A stretch of 16,907 nucleotides of DNA, from NCBI GenBank assembly GCA_051294375.1, contig CM119266.1:5613040-5629946 (forward strand), written 5' to 3'. The DNA comes from Paraspadella gotoi. Its lineage: Eukaryota; Animalia; Chaetognatha. Shown in pieces: positions 10,841 through 16,907 of this stretch. Position 1 is the first letter of the stretch, and each line of letters starts with the position of its first letter. A program made the position numbers and the translations under genes. The notes under the pieces are model-generated. The model had not been told where the DNA came from, did no database searches, and worked only from the letters and a program-made list of their open reading frames with translations.

Positions 10841-11589
10841 AGATAAGATTTTAAGTCGGTGAAGATGTCTTTCAATAACTTCTTTAACATCATCTACCAG
10901 CCTTCTTACGGGTCCTAGGTTTCGAACCATGCTTGGAGGTTTTCCACGCCGCCAAGGCGGTTCACCGCCGTCCTCACGCTTTCCGCAAGTAAGGTACCAT
11001 TGGGGATCGATCCCGGTACCCAATGGTCATAAGCTGATGGCATTACTCAATGAGGCACTGTGTCACACCAAAAAGTCCAAGGCGCGCCTATGCGGGGTCA
11101 ACTTGCCGCTATGACCGGCTACAAACTTACTTGAAGTAAGTCTCCAACGAGGCTGAGAGTGAGGGGCGAGAAAGGGAGTAAGTACTTGGTCAGTCGAGGT
11201 CAGGGCCGATCGAAAGCCCACGGGCGGCCCTACCTTTGATCGTGCCTCCACTTCGTCGGCTTTCTATCCGCATTTGAAAATATATTCGGAGGCTTCCTTC
11301 AAGACGGTCGATAAATGTAGTCGGCATTGCCTAGGTTCACCCCGCCTAGAATCATGACACTCAGTTGTGACCGGTGCTCATTGAGTAAAGCCATTCAGCT
11401 CATGACCACTAGTACCGGTTCATCCCAACCCGTACCTACCCTGCGGGAAGCGTGAGGACGCCGTAAGCCGCCTTGGGGCATGGCAAAACCCTCAAGCCTG
11501 GTTCCAAGCCCAGGGACCCGTTCCATGGCTGCTAGAGGGGGTTATAGAAGTTACGGACAGTCATTCTCAGCCCACGTAGCGCCTTATCC
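10841..11589. mobile_element. ~750-nt GC-rich self-complementary rod; candidate endogenised viroid-like (zeta/delta/Obelisk-like) circular RNA element
   Basis: Nested complementary blocks: 10842-47/11583-88, 10876-83/11546-53, 10909-15/11514-20, 10952-60/11468-76, 10969-81/11448-60, 11024-30/11402-08, 11043-54/11377-88, 11092-97/11340-45, 11119-23/11316-20, 11130-36/11297-303, 11169-74/11260-65 and 11202-08/11225-31. The rod itself is directly visible; the confidence refers to the inferred identity. Confidence 0.55.
10929..11579 (+). CDS. Hypothetical 216-aa protein, open only if TGA=Trp (table 4-like); frame is open from 10827
   Basis: Manual translation from ATG 10929 to TAG 11577-79 has in-frame TGA at 11112, 11154, 11160, 11355, 11382 and 11403, and no TAA or TAG. 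Sequence (w = TGA): MLGGFPRRQGG...GVNLPLwPATNLLEVSLQRGwEwGARKG...PRLESwHSVVTGAHwVKPFSSwPLVPVHPNPYLPCGKREDAV...VTDSHSQPT*. I recognise no family. Confidence 0.45.
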
Positions 11590-11953
11590 ACATATATCAC
11601 TTTCTTCATTTATTTATCACGAGATTTATGGTCTTTACTTTACTTAACGACGGAAACAAAAAATGTATAGAAAATGTACAGTTATTAAACCATCTAAATA
11701 AAATCTATAATCTTAAATAACGTTTCCCCGCTATCAGATTTAAACGTTCATTATTAATTGTACAACTAAAACAGTCTCATATTTAACGACGTTTTCCAAC
11801 ATTGACTGTACTTTGATTGATGAAAAACGTCAGCCAACTTTTAATCGCGTTGTAAACGATGTTCGCTGTATTCGCGCGGATAAATTTATTCTGTGAAAAT
11901 CTTCCTGTCATCCTATGTTCCCAACAAATCTCAAGACGGATGCTCTCATTCTC

Positions 11954-12004
<51 letters not shown>

Positions 12005-14417
12005 GTCTTCATCGTCCTCAGCCTCATCAAAGTTATGGCGCTGAATTCAAAATCGTCATTCAAGCTCCATTCTCTATGGTGCTTCTGTTCATGAGTTTTA
12101 TATTGGAAAGCGGGAGGAGGAGGAGGAGAGGAGGAGGAGGGAGGAGGAGAGGAAGTGAGATCCATCATTCCCTTTTAAGGCTTCCACCTCACGAATTAGA
12201 GATGATCATCATTCATCCACGAATCACCGCGTCGTCAAGCGTTTAGGGGGACTGAAGTCGACTTTGAGGTTCTAAAATGTCAAAAGTTAGGAAATGAACT
12301 CGACCAGTGTACTTTTTTAATTAAAATATAATCAAAAATTAAAGAATTAAATCAGAATGTGAAAGGTTTTATTTTATAATTATCAAGAATTAAAACCGCA
12401 CATGTACCTTATCAACATTGAAGGCAAGATATTTAATTCACTTTTACAACTCAGCACGGATTAGTTATCATCTGCATTATTAATTTATAAGTCGTCAAGC
12501 CGTACTAAAAATTTATGATCAAAAACTTTAATGAAAAGTTTATAATGCTCTCTCAACGGATTCTTAATACTATACAACTTTAAAATATAATAGTAGCATC
12601 TTTTGAACATCGGGAATTACTATCTCAAAAAATTAAATATTTACCTAAAGACAAAAGTTTAGTCATTCAGGAAACCCGAGATTAGATTAATTTAAAACAG
12701 GCGAAAAAGTAAACAAAAGATTCGACTTTATATACAATTTTGATCGATTCGAATCCGTAATCTTCTTTTCTCTCTTTTCTTTTCCTTAACTACGGATTGC
12801 GAAATACTCTGGTTTGTTTTTCGCTGCCTGGAAACCGCGAGATAGAGACAGAGAAAAAGAGAGACAGAGACACAGAGAGAGAGAGACACAGAGAGAGACA
12901 TGTTTACGAACAGAACTTCAAACCAGATGTGCGGAACATTTTTTTTTTCTCCCTCAGCGTCTCGTCTCATTAATTCTCACCGCTAAAAAAAAAAAGAAAG
13001 AAAAACGATTCTAATTCGGATTAATTTAGTTTTTAGCTTCGCCAATGATTCCATGGTGCAATCCCTTTCATTGTGCCATGACTCTATGGTGCCCCGACGC
13101 TTTGGTGACCCGATTATTCCCACTCTTTCCTTTTTTTATCTTTTTTTGTCGCCAATTTCCGCCATGAGCCGAAAACTATGGTGTGTTTAAATTTAAGCTC
13201 GAATCTGACTTTTCGTTAAATCGCCTTTTTCGGGAAAGGAGGATTGAAAAAATGGGAGATAAATTCGAGGGAAAAATTATTTTGTATTTTGAAGTCGGAC
13301 AAGAACGTATATAGACAAAGTCTGTATGGGATACGTACAAAGTTCTAAGGAGATATAGACAAAAATCCAATTGGCCACAAAGTTGAACGGATAGAGAGAA
13401 AGTTCATATGATATATGACACAATGAAAATAACGTGGCGAACGGTCTCGTGCTGATTTTGTCCCTTTAAAATTGTTTCTGAGCCAAATTAATTGATCATT
13501 ATTTTGTATATGCGCGATATACACTACTGGACATTACTGTATCTGACCATAACCCTTGACCATCAACAAAAAGCTAACTAGATACAAAAATAGTAAAAAA
13601 AAGATGAAGCATATAGCTCAAAAAACGCTTACAAAATTTTAGACCATTGCTTTTATAAATGCAAAAAAAATATTATATTATAAAACAAAACTTTAACGAT
13701 AACCTAATAGTTAACGAGACAAGATGAATATTTTTTACCATCATTTTCCTCAATTTATATGAATCATTTGTTTGTAATTAGTCAATTAATCTAAATAACA
13801 ATATGACAAATTCATTTTCAATTTTCTTTATGAATGGGAAGTTTTCTCTGCTTACTCCCTTGTGTCTAATTATTTAATATTTTAAAGGTATTTTCAAAAA
13901 CCTTATATAATTTAGCATATTTTATCACTTTTTTCAATTCTTTCAAACAAAACAACATGGATATAGTGGACAGGATGTTGATATACATCGGACGGGATAT
14001 AGACAAAGCTCATAATTTCTTATGAAACAAAGTGACAAAGTTTAGGACGAGTTTTTAAGATTGAAACGGGGGCGCAAAATTCTAGAACGTAGTTTTTCGA
14101 AACTGAATATTTTTCACCAATAATTTTGATTCATAAAAAATCCCCCAAAAATTGTTTCAAAGAATCATATAATTATTTTAATTCACAAAATTGGAGAATC
14201 TTTTTTCTTTTTTTAAAGGTCTCTTTTCTTTTTCTACTATTTTAATTTTTTTCCTTTGTTTTCTTCCGTTTTATTTTTTGTTTGGTTTCCCTTTGTTTTT
14301 TCCGCTTTATTTTCCTAAGCGACGAAACTCATCCGAAAAAAATCGAGGAAAAAGAGACAAAGAACAAAGGATTCTCGCCCCCCCCCGACCTCCTCTCTCT
14401 GTCCTTCCCCTTTCTTT

Positions 14418-14462
<45 letters not shown>

Positions 14463-14935
14463 GGTTGATCGTTGCTTAGCAACCAATCAAATCCTCTTTT
14501 TCTCCTTTAAACTGAAAAAAGAAAAAAAAATGACGTCCCTTCTGCTGTAAACAGATTCGCTTCGAATCAAAAATTCGATTCCACCAACTTTTTTTATTTT
14601 TTTTGTGAGAGGAAATAATGATTTAATAGACTCGGGATTACTATACGGTATACTGACTTCATATTTTGATTGAATCTTGGAAAAACTAAAATATATGCTA
14701 TCAATTGAATTTTTAAAATAGTTAATACTTTCTAAGGCCCTTAAGTTTAGACAGGTTTAATAAATTGGGCGTTATCAAATAATTATCAATGCTAAAATTG
14801 TGTATGTTTCACATGAATTAACGACGTTATATCGATATATGTTGTACATGACTGAAAAAAAAAATGTTTTCTTGTTAACAAAAATCCATTCGATGTTCGC
14901 AATTTCATCGTCAGCCGCGTGAGAAAAATTGCATA

Positions 14936-14983
<48 letters not shown>

Positions 14984-15034
14984 TGGGGGTGTAATCATTT
15001 CTTATGGGGGAAATGACATACGCTTCTCGCCCTC

Positions 15035-15073
<39 letters not shown>

Positions 15074-15181
15074 GAGAGAGTTTTACCCCCTCTCATGTCG
15101 AACTCGTCCTGAACTCACCGACTAAATGAATTTTTGATTAGTTTGATCAAAAATCAAAAAAACTAGCTCATGGTGCGAAAT

Positions 15182-15215
<34 letters not shown>

Positions 15216-15804
15216 GGTCTCTCTCTCCTCTCTGGTCTAATTCTATGGTGGCTCGCGGTTGTCCGTGGTGTCTTGACTCATGCTCTACATAATGGTGTCG
15301 CGCTGTCCCGCGTGACTCATCTTTCCGTCCCTCCCTCTCTGCTGTATTTCTATGTCTCTCTCTCATCCTTTTTTTATTCCGTAGAAGCGTATACCTTCAT
15401 TTTTCTGAGAATAATTACTAAATGAAGATTGATTCATTCATTTTCATTTGAAAATAGTAGTATATTATTTCAAGTCCGCATTGGAATTATTTCTGTTTCA
15501 ATATCTGGACCCTATTGTTTAGGTTTTTTAGCTGCTTCTCTATGTTTTTTGTCGTTTAAAATGATTCGTAGTACGATTTGGTGGCTATTTTGGATAAATG
15601 AAGAAAAAATGCAACTAAGATGACAGAATAAATAATAAATTTTTGATGGCATAATAATCGAAGCCGCGCGCTCATGTATTTTATCCTTCTCTTTTCCATT
15701 TTCTTCCTTCCACTCTTTCGCTCTTTCACTTGATACTGTTTTTATGCATTTTGTCAATCTGTTTTTGGTATTAATACAAAGAAAGAAAAAATTCCACCTC
15801 TTAG

Positions 15805-16020
15805 CACTCTTCCTTCTTTAAATTCCTTCTTTCTTCCTCTGCTTCCTCCTCCTTACTTCTCCTCCCTTCCTCCCTTCGTCATCCGCACTCTCCTTGTCCT
15901 CTTCCTTTCCTCCTGCCCTTGCGCCTGCCCGCTGCCCTCTTCTCCCCTCCTCTTTCCCCTCATCCTCCCCTCCTGCTTCCTCCCCCCTCATTCTCGGGGT
16001 CATCCTCCTCATCTTCTCGC
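15805..16020. repeat. Polypyrimidine low-complexity tract
   Basis: Almost entirely C/T, built from CCT/CTT/CCCT elements. Confidence 0.8.
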
Positions 16021-16425
16021 CATCCGATTGAACTCATTATATAACCCACCAAAGATTAGGTTGACCATCCAACCGAATCCGTTTTCTCTTCCCCCTCACC
16101 CTCGCCCCCCCCTGGCAGGTTGAATCCCCCACCATCCACTTCGACTCAGCTCGGTTTGATTTTTCAATACTATCTCTCTCTCTCTCTCTCCTCTCTCCTC
16201 TCTCTCATGCTCTCTCATCTCCGGTCTCTCTCTCTCTTCATCTTCTCCTCTCGGTATCGCCTCTCTCTTCTCTCCTCTCCATTGCGCTTCCCGTCCTTCA
16301 AGTTCACAGTTTTAATTCACATCAAAATTTTAATCTCCAGTTCGTGAATAATTTGGCTGAACATGTGATTACTATTTAAATATTTGACTATTTTTAGTGA
16401 ATGTGTAAAGAAAAATCGCTCTTTC

Positions 16426-16907
16426 GATTAAATTGATTAAAAATGAATTAATTGATACAGGCCGTAATCTCAGCAAAAACCATCGCATCGTTGATTATTC
16501 TATTGGTATTTATTGATTAATCGGATGGCAAGATGAATGGATGGCCGAACCCACTCCATCTTTTTCGGCTCCTTTTGCGGCTTCCATTTTTTTCTTTAGC
16601 CTCACGCATCAACTCACCCTTAACTTACGCCGTGACTTTTTTTCTCCAACGTCGATTCTTACTCACTTCCATCGCANNNNNNNNNNNNNNNNNNNNNNNN
16701 NAAAAGTCGAGGGTAAGTTAAGGGTGAGTTGATGGTGAGGCTAAAGAAAAAAATGGAAGGTCAAAAGGAGCCGAAAAAGATGGAGTGGGTTCGGCCATCC
16801 ATTCATCTTGCCATCCGATTAATCAATAAAACCAATAGAATAATCAACGATGCGATGGTTTTTGTGAGATTACGGTGTATCAATTAATTCATTTAATCAA
16901 TTTAATC
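16426..16907. repeat. ~210-bp inverted repeat (16426-16640 / 16702-16907) folded around a 25-N gap and running to the window end
   Basis: The reverse complement of 16702-16907 matches 16426-16640. For example, GGATGGCAAGATGAATGGATGGCCGAACCCACTCCATC matches GATGGAGTGGGTTCGGCCATCCATTCATCTTGCCATCC. The differences are mostly small indels. Confidence 0.95.

Larger units (their letters stand above)
10823..11593 (-). pseudogene. Antisense frame spanning the rod; open with TGA=Trp except for one TAG at 11264-11266
   Basis: Track ORFs 11063-11251(-) and 10823-11023(-) share a frame and are separated only by TGA codons. Manual extension reaches an ATG at 11591-93, with 7 TGA and 1 TAG in 256 codons. 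Confidence 0.3.

Noticed and set aside
11034-11230. Hammerhead-like pieces in the rod: CTGATGG plus a small hairpin at 11034, CTGAGAG at 11153, and CGAAA-GCCC-AC-GGGC at 11211
   Set aside because: None completes the CUGANGA / GAAA / NUH core with three stems, so I do not call a ribozyme.
11555-11565. GGACAGTC resembles the hairpin-ribozyme cleavage site (GAC-A-GUC), opposite AGATGTCT at 10863-10870
   Set aside because: Loop A reads AGAU rather than AGAA, helix 1 does not form, and no loop B consensus was found.
10780-11650. Target-site duplication, poly(A) tail or terminal redundancy flanking the rod element
   Set aside because: I saw no convincing direct repeat or A tail at the boundaries, so the integration mechanism and exact ends are unresolved.
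15512-15757. 81-aa minus-strand ORF with a charged segment, possibly a decayed gene or transposase fragment
   Set aside because: It has no recognisable motif, a non-ATG start, and several stops immediately downstream.

Overview
AT-rich, microsatellite-dense DNA, most likely a eukaryotic draft nuclear scaffold, with five N gaps. No conventional host gene is recognisable, and almost every ORF in the supplied track is a translation of (AG)n, (GAC)n or (GAAA)n repeats. Two large structures look like long-read gap-filling artefacts: a ~3.1 kb tandem duplication (1007-~4090 / 4131-~7100) and a ~210 bp fold-back across the 25-N gap at the right end. The outstanding feature is a repeat-free island of roughly 50-55% GC at ~10841-11589. 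It is self-complementary end to end and should fold as one unbranched, bulged rod of ~750 nt with its tip near 11217. One + strand frame across the rod (10827-11579, 250 codons) contains no TAA or TAG, only TGA, so it is open if TGA=Trp. A - strand frame (11593-10823) is also open under that code except for one TAG. This combination resembles a DNA copy of a viroid-like or zeta/delta/Obelisk-like circular RNA from a UGA=Trp compartment such as a mitochondrion. I found no intact ribozyme by eye, so this identity remains a hypothesis.
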